The notes below the pieces were generated by a model. The model had not been told where the DNA came from. It worked only from the letters and a program-made list of their open reading frames with translations, and did no database searches. From contig JAUIIM010000004.1 of assembly GCA_030431785.1 (NCBI GenBank), positions 5,415 to 69,414 of the forward strand: DNA of 64,000 bases. The letters run 5' to 3'. Below are positions 55,255 through 64,000 of this stretch, in pieces. The stretch's first letter is position 1, and each line of letters opens with the position of its first letter. Both the position numbers and the translations under genes were made by a program. The stretch is from Acidimicrobiia bacterium. GTDB lineage: Bacteria; Actinomycetota; Acidimicrobiia; Spongiisociales; UBA5794.

Positions 55255-56484
55255 TCAGTCGGGTAGCCCCACCCAAAGGTGGTGCGTCACCCTCGCCCAT
55301 GCGAGTCCCAGCACGATCGACACGATCCCGAGCACGACGATCAACGTGCGTATGGCGATCACCTCGGCGAGCCCTCCGATGACGATCGAAGAGATCGCCG
55401 ATGCCAGCGTGAACAACCCGAAGTCGAGGGCGAAGAGCCGACCGCGGATGTCATCGGCCGTCAACTCCTGGAGGCCGTACGTCGAAAAGGTGAACTCGGT
55501 TCCGCCGCCCATGTGTGCGATCGCGACGAACAAGGTCGCCAGCCACAGCGTCGGTGCGATCCCGACGACGAGGTACGACGCACCCCAGATCGACATGGCG
55601 AAACCGATCGAACCGAGGGTCTTCGGCAGGGATCGCCCGACGATGCGATACGCGACTATCGGTCCGATCAGGTTGCCAATTCCTCTGGCCCCGAAGAACA
55701 ACCCGGTGCCGGCGTCGCCAGCGTCGAAGATCACGAACGAGATGACGGCGAAGATCCCTACCGCACCGCCCGACGTGATCGAATGTGTCGCCTTTGAGGT
55801 GAGGAGCGCTCCGACCCGTGGGTTCTCCCGTGCGTATCGGACGGCGTCACGGATCGCCGTCCAGAAGCCGACGGTGAACCGTTCCGTGGCTTCCTGCAGG
55901 GGGGTCCGGATCGAGGCGATGAGGCCGGCCGAGACGATGAACGACACGGCGTTCACGATGAAGGCGGTGTCGCGGGACAATGCGACCGAGACCGCACCAC
56001 CGAGCGCCGCACCGAGCGCTGCCATGGCGCCCCACGCCGAGGACATCATCACGTTCGCCGGTGCGAGATCGCGGGGTGAGACGACATTCGGCAGGGCTGC
56101 TCCCGAGGCCGGGTAGAAGAACGACGCCCCGGCGCCGTCGAGCATCGCGATCGTGAGCGGGAACCAGACGCCGTCGAACATCGATGCTGCCAACAGACTG
56201 ATGGCAAGACCGGCGCGGATGATGTCCGTCACCACCAGAACCATCTTGCGGTCGAAGCGGTCCGACACGAACCCGGTGACGGGAGACAGGAGCAGAGGCG
56301 GAAGCGCCCGGATGGCGACCGTCGCTGCTGCCATGAATGGGGAATCGGATGTCTCGTAGACGAGTCCGACGAGCGGAACGACGAGGAACCAGTCGCCAGC
56401 GAAGGACACGAGACGGGCCAGATATAGCCGTCGGAAGTCGCGGTTGTCGCGCAGGATTCGCCAATAGACGAGGGAAGACGGCAT
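55255..56484 (-). CDS. MFS transporter
   Basis: 409 aa with about 12 transmembrane helices and the DRFDRK loop motif. Confidence 0.8.
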   Translation of the reverse strand: MPSSLVYWRILRDNRDFRRLYLARLVSFAGDWFLVVPLVGLVYETSDSPFMAAATVAIRALPPLLLSPVTGFVSDRFDRKMVLVVTDIIRAGLAISLLAASMFDGVWFPLTIAMLDGAGASFFYPASGAALPNVVSPRDLAPANVMMSSAWGAMAALGAALGGAVSVALSRDTAFIVNAVSFIVSAGLIASIRTPLQEATERFTVGFWTAIRDAVRYARENPRVGALLTSKATHSITSGGAVGIFAVISFVIFDAGDAGTGLFFGARGIGNLIGPIVAYRIVGRSLPKTLGSIGFAMSIWGASYLVVGIAPTLWLATLFVAIAHMGGGTEFTFSTYGLQELTADDIRGRLFALDFGLFTLASAISSIVIGGLAEVIAIRTLIVVLGIVSIVLGLAWARVTHHLWVGLPD

Positions 56485-56504
56485 CAGGCGATGCTAGGTG
56501 TGAA

Positions 56505-58001
56505 CTATGCGTTTACGGGTTCGGTCACCAGACCGTCGGTGAGATAGCGGATGACGTCCTCGGCCGAGTAGTGCGTCGATCCCGCCGGGGCGAAACGGGC
56601 GACATACTGCGCATCATCCCCAGAGGTGATCAAGGTCCCCTCGACGTACCCGCCGTCCTGGACCTGGGCGTGACCGACGTTTGCGAGCAACGAGTTACAC
56701 AGGCATTTGCGGCCCACGGTCTCTTCCATCTGGCCACCCTTCGACAGGTAGTCGTCGACGGGTTCGGAGGGGCAGCGCCATCCGATCCGACCGTTGTCGC
56801 GTTCGTAGGCGTGGCGGAGGTAGCCAAGGTCGCAGATGCGGTCCCGCTCTTCATAGAGCACAGGATTCGACAACGTCTGTTCCATCTGGACGACCTTGAA
56901 CGGGAAGCCGGTCGGGGAGGCGACGGCATCGGTGTAGACCGAGACTTCCTCGTCGCGTGAGGCATTGATCACGTCGTCCTTGATCTCACGGGTGAACCCG
57001 GACTCGTTGCAGTACGCGAATGCGGTACCGACCTGTACGCCGGTGGCACCGGCTTCGAGAGCAGCCTTCACTTGATACGGCTCTGCGTAGCCGCCGGCGA
57101 GCCAGAACGGCTTGCCGAGTTCTGCGATCGCATCGAGGTCGGGGACGTCACGGTCTCCGTAGATCGGCTCACCGGCGTCGTTGAACTCTCCGCGCTTTCG
57201 CGGCGGTGCGTTGTGGCCACCGGCGACCGGGTACTCGACGACGAACCCGTCGACCTCACCGGTGGACTTCGTCGCCAACATCTTGGCGAGGACGTGGGAT
57301 GACACGATCGCGAGGAAGTTCGGTCGGGGGAGCGTGGGCAGCTTTGCGACGAGCTCCTTGCAGAACTGCGTGGGTGAGAACCGCACGAACGGATCGCCCT
57401 TCTCCGTGAGACCCTTGACGTCGATCTTCATCTCCACGTCGAATCCTTCGGAGAGCTTGTCGAGGAGGCCGGGAATCGCCTTCGGGATGCCCGCACCCAT
57501 CAGCACGTAGTCGACACCGGCGAGCATGACACCGTACAGCGAGGGGAGGGTTGGGACCTGGATCTTCTCGAGGAAGTTCACGCCGACCGGGTTGCCGTGG
57601 CCCTCTTTGGCGAGGAAGACCTCGACGAAGTTAGCGGCAACGAGGAGTTCGTTGGTGGCCTGGCTGGGTCGGTGGCTGACCATCGGTTTGTTGGTGTACG
57701 GAGCGTCGGCATCCTTGCCGCCGTCGATGAAGTACTTGTCGATGATCCGCTCGGCGATCGCCGGGATGGGGAATGCGTTGAGTGCCCGCCGCATGTGACC
57801 GTCGGGATCTCCGTCCTGGAGTCGCCGTGCGAGGATGACGTCGAGCGCCGTGCCGGAGATCACCCCGAGCTGGCCCGTACGGGAGACCGCATTGGCGAGG
57901 CGCCAATCGGAAACGGCTGCGCCCATTCCGCCTTGGATGATGACTGGGAGTTGGGGTCGCATTGGCCGTCCTGGAGAAGAGGCACCGGTTGTGCCTGTCA
58001 C
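56505..58001 (-). CDS. nitronate monooxygenase (NMO/2-nitropropane dioxygenase-like) family protein
   Basis: N-terminal IIQGGMGAAVS and a TIM-barrel-like layout. At 498 aa it is a long form. Confidence 0.7.
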   Translation of the reverse strand: MTGTTGASSPGRPMRPQLPVIIQGGMGAAVSDWRLANAVSRTGQLGVISGTALDVILARRLQDGDPDGHMRRALNAFPIPAIAERIIDKYFIDGGKDADAPYTNKPMVSHRPSQATNELLVAANFVEVFLAKEGHGNPVGVNFLEKIQVPTLPSLYGVMLAGVDYVLMGAGIPKAIPGLLDKLSEGFDVEMKIDVKGLTEKGDPFVRFSPTQFCKELVAKLPTLPRPNFLAIVSSHVLAKMLATKSTGEVDGFVVEYPVAGGHNAPPRKRGEFNDAGEPIYGDRDVPDLDAIAELGKPFWLAGGYAEPYQVKAALEAGATGVQVGTAFAYCNESGFTREIKDDVINASRDEEVSVYTDAVASPTGFPFKVVQMEQTLSNPVLYEERDRICDLGYLRHAYERDNGRIGWRCPSEPVDDYLSKGGQMEETVGRKCLCNSLLANVGHAQVQDGGYVEGTLITSGDDAQYVARFAPAGSTHYSAEDVIRYLTDGLVTEPVNA

Positions 58002-58115
58002 GGGGTGTGACCCCCGAATCCTATGCAGGGTTTCGTTGCAGTTCGTAGATTCTCAGGTTCGTTGAAGGTCGCGTGATCGGTGATAGAATGTGGTCAGGCG
58101 AACACGGAAGGCAGC

Positions 58116-58397
58116 ATGGCTTTTGAACTGATCGAGTTCTTGGAACCTGCGCCTGCGCCCGGTGAACCGTTCCGTGGCACCATCGAGACCAAGCTCGGCG
58201 AGTTCGACTCCGAGCAGGATGCGGTCGAGGCCGGTCGACGTGCATGGAAAGCCGCACGCGAACAGCCGTCCGCCGACGTGCGGTGGTGGATCGTGCGGGT
58301 ACCCGGCGAGCAGCTGGCACGGTGGATCGCGGATGCCGCGAGCCCGACCGAGCAGGTCCTCGACCTCACGACGAACACACTCGTCGCCCTCGGCTGA
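58116..58397 (+). CDS. hypothetical protein
   Basis: 93 aa. Upstream promoter candidate TTGAAG (58062-67), 16 nt, TAGAAT (58084-89), and an AAGG-type Shine-Dalgarno sequence. Confidence 0.45.
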   Translation: MAFELIEFLEPAPAPGEPFRGTIETKLGEFDSEQDAVEAGRRAWKAAREQPSADVRWWIVRVPGEQLARWIADAASPTEQVLDLTTNTLVALG

Positions 58398-58472
58398 CCC
58401 GGACTCGACGCCGGCAACGAGGTTGTTCGGCGACGCTCCGATACGGATGCGCGGGTTCTAGGCTTCACGCCG

Positions 58473-59096
58473 ATGACCTCTGAACCAACCACCATCGTTT
58501 CCATCTCTGACGCCGCACTCGAGAAGATCCTCGCACTGCGCGAAGCAGAGAACCTCCCCGAACTCCACCTCGGCCTCCGGATCACCGGTGTCGGGGCACA
58601 GGGGTTCATCTATGAGACCTCGTTCCTGCGCTCCGACGACGTCCTCCCGACCGACATCGTCGAAGACCACGGCGGACTGCCGGTTGCGATCGCATTCGAC
58701 TCGATCGAGAACCTTCGTGGCGCCGTCCTCGACCTGTCTGGTGACGGAGCCGGGCCGGGACTCGTCATGCGCAACCCCAACGTTCCGTCACCGACCCTCC
58801 CCGGAGCCGAACTCGACGACTTGGAGCTGACCGGCACCGTCGAAGAGAAGGTCCAGCAGCTGCTTTCGGAGCGGATCAATCCGGCCATCGCCTCCCACGG
58901 TGGTGTCGCACATCTCGTCCGCGTTGTGGATTCGACAGCACAGCTCGAACTCGGTGGCGGATGCCAGGGATGCGGTCTCGCAGCAGTGACGTTGCGCCAG
59001 GGCATCGAACGGGCGATCCTCGATGCGATCCCAGAGATCGACGAAGTCATCGACGTCACCGACCACTCAATGGGCACCAACCCCTTCTACGCGTAG
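58473..59096 (+). CDS. NfuA-type Fe-S biogenesis protein (degenerate A-type carrier domain plus Nfu domain)
   Basis: The N-terminal HesB/IscA-like domain lacks the Cys triad. The C-terminal Nfu domain has CQGC. Confidence 0.8.
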   Translation: MTSEPTTIVSISDAALEKILALREAENLPELHLGLRITGVGAQGFIYETSFLRSDDVLPTDIVEDHGGLPVAIAFDSIENLRGAVLDLSGDGAGPGLVMRNPNVPSPTLPGAELDDLELTGTVEEKVQQLLSERINPAIASHGGVAHLVRVVDSTAQLELGGGCQGCGLAAVTLRQGIERAILDAIPEIDEVIDVTDHSMGTNPFYA

Positions 59097-59370
59097 AGGC
59101 TCCTAGCTCCTGGCTCCTCGCTCCTAGCTCCGCGAGCGCTTTGCGTCCCACCTTCAGGGGGACGAGCGAATGGCGGTCGGCAGCCTCTTGCGTCCTCCCT
59201 TCAGGGGGGACGAGCGAATGGCGGTCGATAGACCGGCAGGAGCTAGGGGGGCCTTGGAGCCTGCGACAGCGATAGCTGATCCACCTGGTCGCAGGAACGC
59301 CGTCCGACCGCCTACCCAGGGGCGGCCAGCAGCCAGGAGCGAGGAGCCAGGAGCGGGCGGGTCCCCGCCC
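59097..59370. repeat. composite intergenic repeat: inverted heptamer arrays flanking a tandem 47-bp repeat
   Basis: Left arm: AGGCTCC TAGCTCC TGGCTCC TCGCTCC TAGCTCC (59097-59131). The right arm's reverse complement matches it, with a 20-bp perfect inverted repeat (59106-25 against 59335-54). Direct repeats at 59141-79 and 59188-227. Hairpin GGGCGGG-TC-CCCGCCC at 59355-70. Confidence 0.85.
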
Positions 59371-60033
59371 CTATTCCATCGATCGGCGGATGGAGCCCAT
59401 CGCGGAGAGGGCGTCCGCGCCGCGTGACTCACCGATCGACGGGAGCTTGGCGGAGCGGCGGGTGTAGAACGAGCCTTGCGTCTTACCGGCCATCCCGGCT
59501 GCAGGTGCGGGCGGCATCGGGTCGTCGTCCTTGACGGGATGCGGAACCGAAGGGGCGTAGTCGAGGACCGTCGCCGTGTGCTCCTCAGCCGGTTCGGGGT
59601 GGACCTCGATCTGGATCGCTGGCTCAGGCTTCGCGGTCGCCGGCGGTGTCGGGGAGGATGTCGGAGCGGATGCGATTTGACGAAGACGTTCCTCGAGCTG
59701 GTCGAGCAGTGCCTGCGTCGATTCGACCTTCTCGACGAGTTCGGCGTGGTGCTGCTTCAGTCGTGCGGTTTCGGCGATGAGTTCGGTGCGTCGCCCATCG
59801 ATCTCCTCGAGATCCGAAGCTGCCTCTGTCTGCGGGTTGCCCGCGGTCGCTTCGGCGCCGGCGAGGATTGCCTCAGCTTCGTTGCGGGCGTCCGTCATCA
59901 TGCGGAACGCTTCGTAGCGTGCCTTGGCGACGATTTGGTTGGCCTCGGTCTGCGCCGCCTCGAGGACGGCATCGGGGTCGGACGCGTCGACGACTCCGCC
60001 GTCGTGGTGCTCGATCGGGTCGGTGGACATCAC
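59371..60033 (-). CDS. hypothetical coiled-coil protein with Pro-rich linker
   Basis: 220 aa with heptad-rich N-terminal and central regions. I recognise no family. Confidence 0.5.
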   Translation of the reverse strand: MMSTDPIEHHDGGVVDASDPDAVLEAAQTEANQIVAKARYEAFRMMTDARNEAEAILAGAEATAGNPQTEAASDLEEIDGRRTELIAETARLKQHHAELVEKVESTQALLDQLEERLRQIASAPTSSPTPPATAKPEPAIQIEVHPEPAEEHTATVLDYAPSVPHPVKDDDPMPPAPAAGMAGKTQGSFYTRRSAKLPSIGESRGADALSAMGSIRRSME

Positions 60034-60138
60034 ATCTCCGTAGCGCGTGGTGGTTTCCGCTCTTTGGTCCTATCGGCCTATCAAGCCCAAAAGTTGAGGG
60101 TTTGTGGCCCGCGATAGCGGAAGTTTTCGCGCGTTCGG

Positions 60139-62448
60139 TCAATCCGACTCGGTGATGGCGTTCAGCGCGTCGAGGATGGCTCCGAGTTCGTCCCGGAACT
60201 CGATTCGACCGTCAGGCTCGCCGTCCAGCAGGCCTCGGTTCTGCGCAAGTGAGATCCCCGATGCGAACAGGGCGGTCGAGAGGGCCTCCATGGAGCGAAT
60301 CGTGCCCCGGTGATACATCTCCTCGCCCATCCGGAGTGCCTCGGACGGAAGGGAATCGGTGGTGAGCGGCTGGTCACCGTGGAATACCAACGTCTCGGCC
60401 ACGACCAGATACGCCTCGAGGAACGGGCGCAGGACGATCGGGCTCTTTGCCGGCCACATGGCTCGCAGGTCCACGATCACCGGATCGTCCGGGCCGGAAG
60501 GTCCGATGCGGTAGCGAGCGATCTCGGTGGCGATCTCTTCACGGAACTGTTCCGTCGGCGAGAAGAAGAACTCGAACTTGAGGAGGTCGCGGAGTTCGAC
60601 AGCCCTATCGATCACCTGTGACTCGAGCATGGCATCGTCCTCGAATCCCAACGCGAGTGCGATCTCGGCGATCGCCATCGGCACGAAGAAGTGGATCACC
60701 GTGTTTCGGTAGTACGCCGCGGCGAGGTGCTGGTCCTGATTCACCGAATAGATGCGCTTGGTCAGTCCGTCGGTGCGGTGGAGGACGCCGTTCGATGCCA
60801 ACTGTTCGAGCGTCGCCATCGCTGCCTCGGCGTCGTCGAGGGTGATGTCCCCGGCGACGGGGAGGTTCCTCTCCTGGACGAACTGGAGGAACGGTTCGAG
60901 GACGTCGAGCGTTTCGTCCGCGCTGAAGCCATGGTGGGGCTTCGACAACAGCGCCATCGTGACGAGACTGACCGGGGTGATCGGTGTGACGTCGTTGATG
61001 CGGGTCGACACTTCGAACGCCAATTTCGGAAGGGCCAATCGGCCTTCGGGGGCGTCGAGGTCGAGGGTGCGTGGGATCTGTTCGGACATCGCAAGTGGTT
61101 CACCGAACCGGATGTAGATGTTCCCGTTCTTTCGTCGCAGGCTGGCGATGAACTTGATCGCCCACAGGAACGACTCCTTCTCCTTCTTCTGGCCCCGTTG
61201 CTCGGCGGTGTAGGCGGACACGTCGGTGATCTGGTCGTACGCGATCGACACGGGCACGAGGACGACGTCGTCGGCGATGCCACGTTGGTACGAATCAGCG
61301 ACGTACGCGAGGAGGCCGAGGCGTGGCTCGCGCAGCTTGCCGGATCGTGACCGCCCGCCCTCGACGTACCACTCGAGGGCGAATCGCTTCTCGAGGAGGT
61401 AATCGAGGTACTGACGGAGCACGAACTTGTACGGCTCGTTGTCCTTGAACTCGCGGCGGATGAAGAAGATCCCGGCGCGTCGCAGCAGCGGACCGATGAG
61501 GAAGAAGTTCATGTTGATCCCGCCGGCCGTGTGGTTGAGCGGGAGTTCGTTCTCGTACAACACGTGCTGGAAGACGAGATGGTCGAAGTTCGACTTGTGC
61601 GACGGGAGGAACACGAGCGGTGTCTGTTCCGCACGGGCGTAGATCTTGTGGAGCTCGGTCGGGTCGTAGTCGACCCGACGGTGTGCCGTGCGGATCATCG
61701 TGGAGGTGATCGCATTGACAAGGTCGATGACGTTGGGGGAGTGCTGGGCAGCGATCTCGCGCAGGTAGCGGCTGGTGCGTTGGCGGATCGACGACTCGGT
61801 CTTGCCGCTCTGTGTTGCGAGGCGCTCGATCCCGGCTTGGAACGGGCGACTCCAGAACAGATCCTCCGTCAGGAACTTCGGCACCTTGTAGCGCAGTCCT
61901 CGGAGATGACGCTCTGCCCTCTCGAGAGCCAGCCACGCCTGCAGTGCGACGAACTCGCCGAGCGTGGTCCCTTCCGCAAGCGTCCGACCGGTGGGTTCGT
62001 TCCAGCGTCGTTCGAGGTCGCTACGACGAGCTGGCTTCCCGACGACGATGCGGACGCGATCGGGGTGCCGAACCTTGATGTATTGCTGCTGGAGGAGGTT
62101 CGGGTCCCGTGGGTCGCCCGGGATCAACATGTCGCGTAGTTCGACACGACGGACTCCGTCCCGCTCGCGAGGGAGCCACACGACGCGCAGCGGAACGCAC
62201 AGGGGGTCGTCTTCTCTCAGCAGTCGTTCCTGGATCGACGGGTCGACGTGGGTGTAGCGACGGCGTCGCCGCGATGGTGGCAAGTTGAACCGAGACATCG
62301 GGCCGTTTGCGGTCGCCTCGATCTCGTCCAGGTAGTCGTGGAGCAGTTCGGCTTCGAGTGAGCTCGATGCATCGACGAGCGCAACGTACGGGCCTGATTC
62401 AGTGGGCCATTGCGGGAGGTCCGTCGCGAGCGTCGTCACCGAGGTCAT
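60139..62448 (-). CDS. plsB: glycerol-3-phosphate acyltransferase (PlsB-type)
   Basis: 769 aa. HxxxxD motif SHKSNFDH and the block VEGGRSRSGK. Confidence 0.85.
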   Translation of the reverse strand: MTSVTTLATDLPQWPTESGPYVALVDASSSLEAELLHDYLDEIEATANGPMSRFNLPPSRRRRRYTHVDPSIQERLLREDDPLCVPLRVVWLPRERDGVRRVELRDMLIPGDPRDPNLLQQQYIKVRHPDRVRIVVGKPARRSDLERRWNEPTGRTLAEGTTLGEFVALQAWLALERAERHLRGLRYKVPKFLTEDLFWSRPFQAGIERLATQSGKTESSIRQRTSRYLREIAAQHSPNVIDLVNAITSTMIRTAHRRVDYDPTELHKIYARAEQTPLVFLPSHKSNFDHLVFQHVLYENELPLNHTAGGINMNFFLIGPLLRRAGIFFIRREFKDNEPYKFVLRQYLDYLLEKRFALEWYVEGGRSRSGKLREPRLGLLAYVADSYQRGIADDVVLVPVSIAYDQITDVSAYTAEQRGQKKEKESFLWAIKFIASLRRKNGNIYIRFGEPLAMSEQIPRTLDLDAPEGRLALPKLAFEVSTRINDVTPITPVSLVTMALLSKPHHGFSADETLDVLEPFLQFVQERNLPVAGDITLDDAEAAMATLEQLASNGVLHRTDGLTKRIYSVNQDQHLAAAYYRNTVIHFFVPMAIAEIALALGFEDDAMLESQVIDRAVELRDLLKFEFFFSPTEQFREEIATEIARYRIGPSGPDDPVIVDLRAMWPAKSPIVLRPFLEAYLVVAETLVFHGDQPLTTDSLPSEALRMGEEMYHRGTIRSMEALSTALFASGISLAQNRGLLDGEPDGRIEFRDELGAILDALNAITESD

Positions 62449-62753
62449 TCGGTGTCGTCGCCACCCGGGAGAAGGTCGCTCACGACGTCCATGGCCTTCG
62501 AGGCCGCATCGCCAGCCATGCCGGCGACCGTGCCTACAACACCGGAAGCCGCGGAGGCCGCACTACCGCCTGCCGAGGACGCCTTCTCCGTCGTGGTCGA
62601 TGCAGCCTGGGCGAGCGTCGTGGTGATCTGGTCGATGAGGTCCTGCGGGAGATTGTTCTTGAAGAAGTCCGTGACCATCGTCACGACCTCCACCACCTTG
62701 TCGGTCGGCAACCCGGTCTTCTCTTGGATCTGTGCGATGAGATCTTCCATCAC
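62445..62753 (-). CDS. hypothetical small protein translationally coupled to plsB
   Basis: 102 aa with a helical N-terminus and an Ala/Ser/Gly-rich tail. ATGA overlap with the plsB start. TACAAT lies upstream. Confidence 0.5.
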   Translation of the reverse strand: MMEDLIAQIQEKTGLPTDKVVEVVTMVTDFFKNNLPQDLIDQITTTLAQAASTTTEKASSAGGSAASAASGVVGTVAGMAGDAASKAMDVVSDLLPGGDDTE

Positions 62754-62819
62754 GTCCCTTCCACGGCTCGCGCCGGATTGTACTCGGACTGTCCCACGCG
62801 CACAGGGGCACAGTGATCG

Positions 62820-63173
62820 TCAGCCCCAGCCGAGTTCGTGCAGTCGTGCGTCGTCGATGCCGAGGTGGTGGCCGAGCTCGTGGAGGACGGTGGTCCGTAT
62901 CTCTTTGCGGAGGTCCTCGTCCGACAGACCGAGAGCAAGATGGGGTCGGTAGAAGATCGTGATCTGGTCCGGCGCTGCAGCGAAGTAGTCGACCCCACGT
63001 TCGGCGAGGGATACGCCTTCGTAGAGTCCGAGCAGTCCGTCGCCCGTCGGATCCTGCTGCTTCGTGGGCGCGGTCTCCACGACGACGATGAGATTGTCGA
63101 CTTTCTCTACGACCCACGCAGGCAAGGTGTCGATGATCTCATCGACGACCGCCTCGAACTCGCGTCGGTTCAC
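62820..63173 (-). CDS. small zinc metallopeptidase-family protein (DUF1025-like)
   Basis: HELGHHLG motif. 117 aa. Confidence 0.75.
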   Translation of the reverse strand: MNRREFEAVVDEIIDTLPAWVVEKVDNLIVVVETAPTKQQDPTGDGLLGLYEGVSLAERGVDYFAAAPDQITIFYRPHLALGLSDEDLRKEIRTTVLHELGHHLGIDDARLHELGWG

Positions 63174-64000
63174 CGGCGGATCCGATCGGCGACGAAGCGA
63201 TGCATCCGGTCACGTGCCTCAACCGCGATGGTCGTGGGGAAGGCGTCGAACGCGTGGACTCCTCCCGGGACGATGCTGAGTTCGGTCTCGTTGCCGGCGG
63301 CGACCCATCGGCTCGCCATGAAGAGGGTGTCGTCGACGAGCGGGTCCCACGTGCCGACGGTGAAGAGCGCTGATCCGAGTCTTGCGAGTTCGCCGTAGAG
63401 GGGTGCCAGGCGCGGTTCGAACATGACGGCGGGCGGGACCGGCCATTCGACGTAGTGGTTGCGGAACCATTGCATCGTGTCGCTGTCGAGGACGAGGCCG
63501 TCGGTCGTCCACTGGCGTACCGAGGGACTACCGGCGGGGAAGTACGACCCGTAGACGAGGTTGGCCGCCTTCCAGTCGTCGAACCCGGTCCGGTCCCTGA
63601 CCTCGATCATGGTGGCGGCGGCGAGGTTGGCGCCGGCTGATTCCCCGCCGATGGCGAGACGGTCGGTGCCGAACTCGTCCTTGGCGTGCTCGATGATCCA
63701 CTCCGTGGCGGCGATGCAGTCGTCCGGCCCTGCCGGATACTTGTGTTCGGGGGCCAGGCGGTAGTCGATCGATGCCACCGTCACGTTGGCACCGTCGGAC
63801 ATCGCCTCGTTGCCGACGTCACTCAGGTCCGCTGCGCCGAGCACCCACCCGCCACCGTGGATGTGGATGTAGACGCCGTCGGGCTCGTCCGCTTCGATGA
63901 CCCGCACGGTGATGTCACCCTCGGACCCGGGTACCTGGATCTCTCTGGCACGCTCCGAGTGGACGACCGGTCCCCAGAGCCCGCGTCCGGCTCGTCGTTC
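63170..64000 (-). CDS. alpha/beta-hydrolase fold-3 esterase/lipase (5' end outside the window)
   Basis: HGGGW oxyanion motif and the GESAG nucleophile. The reading frame stays open to the window edge. Confidence 0.75.
   Translation of the reverse strand, partial: ERRAGRGLWGPVVHSERAREIQVPGSEGDITVRVIEADEPDGVYIHIHGGGWVLGAADLSDVGNEAMSDGANVTVASIDYRLAPEHKYPAGPDDCIAATEWIIEHAKDEFGTDRLAIGGESAGANLAAATMIEVRDRTGFDDWKAANLVYGSYFPAGSPSVRQWTTDGLVLDSDTMQWFRNHYVEWPVPPAVMFEPRLAPLYGELARLGSALFTVGTWDPLVDDTLFMASRWVAAGNETELSIVPGGVHAFDAFPTTIAVEARDRMHRFVADRIRR

Noticed and set aside
59141-59227. Tandem 47-bp repeats as a CRISPR array
   Set aside because: There are only two adjacent copies, with no unique spacers of regular length and no cas genes in the window.
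59170-59427. 85-aa ORF inside the repeat region
   Set aside because: Its sequence is dictated by the repeats, it runs into the convergent gene, and it has no Shine-Dalgarno sequence or coding-like composition.

Overview
This is a GC-rich actinobacterial-type chromosomal segment and most of it is housekeeping. I found no rRNA, CRISPR array, transposase or integrase. The gene order follows the conserved actinobacterial core block: pepR-like M16 peptidase, dapB, dapA, rnj, ftsK, then rimO, cinA, recA, rny, miaB, miaA, dapF, lexA, nrdR, dut and tRNA-Gly/Cys/Val. Accessory genes interrupt this block: an orphan histidine kinase, hydrolases, an acyl-CoA ligase/thioesterase pair, a pabB-pabC fusion, a 2-oxoacid dehydrogenase E1a/E1b/E2 operon, a DUF222-HNH gene, a NarL-type two-component system with membrane proteins, and an M15/FG-GAP exoprotein. 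Many long antisense ORFs and N-terminal ORF extensions in the track are GC-content artefacts. I trimmed gene starts using motif positions, stop/start overlaps (ATGA, GTGA), Shine-Dalgarno sequences, or a TANNNT hexamer 6-7 nt upstream of the start codon, which is leaderless geometry seen at several genes here. All calls come from reading the translations and DNA by eye, so family names are recollection-based and need HMM or BLAST confirmation.

The main results are:
- **DNA-damage regulatory layer.** Cheo-type LexA boxes (TCGAAC-N4-GTTCGA) sit at recA, lexA and the LysM/nrdR intergenic region. A second promoter-like motif with an identical 12-nt core (TCTGTCACACCC, then TAC[G/C]TT as the -10) occurs three times, upstream of recA, a small LysM membrane protein and the DUF222-HNH gene.
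- **Rearranged lexA / unknown membrane protein / LysM / nrdR locus.** It carries a textbook TTGACA-17-TACCTT promoter whose spacer is a perfect LexA box.
- **arfB / VWA-HExxH / CobS-like AAA+ gene string.** The ATPase has non-canonical Walker residues.
- **Two intergenic regions built from inverted arrays of tandem heptamers.** One flanks a lower-GC lipoprotein gene. The other flanks a non-coding tandem 47-bp repeat.
- **A lower-GC two-gene islet next to tRNA-Val.**
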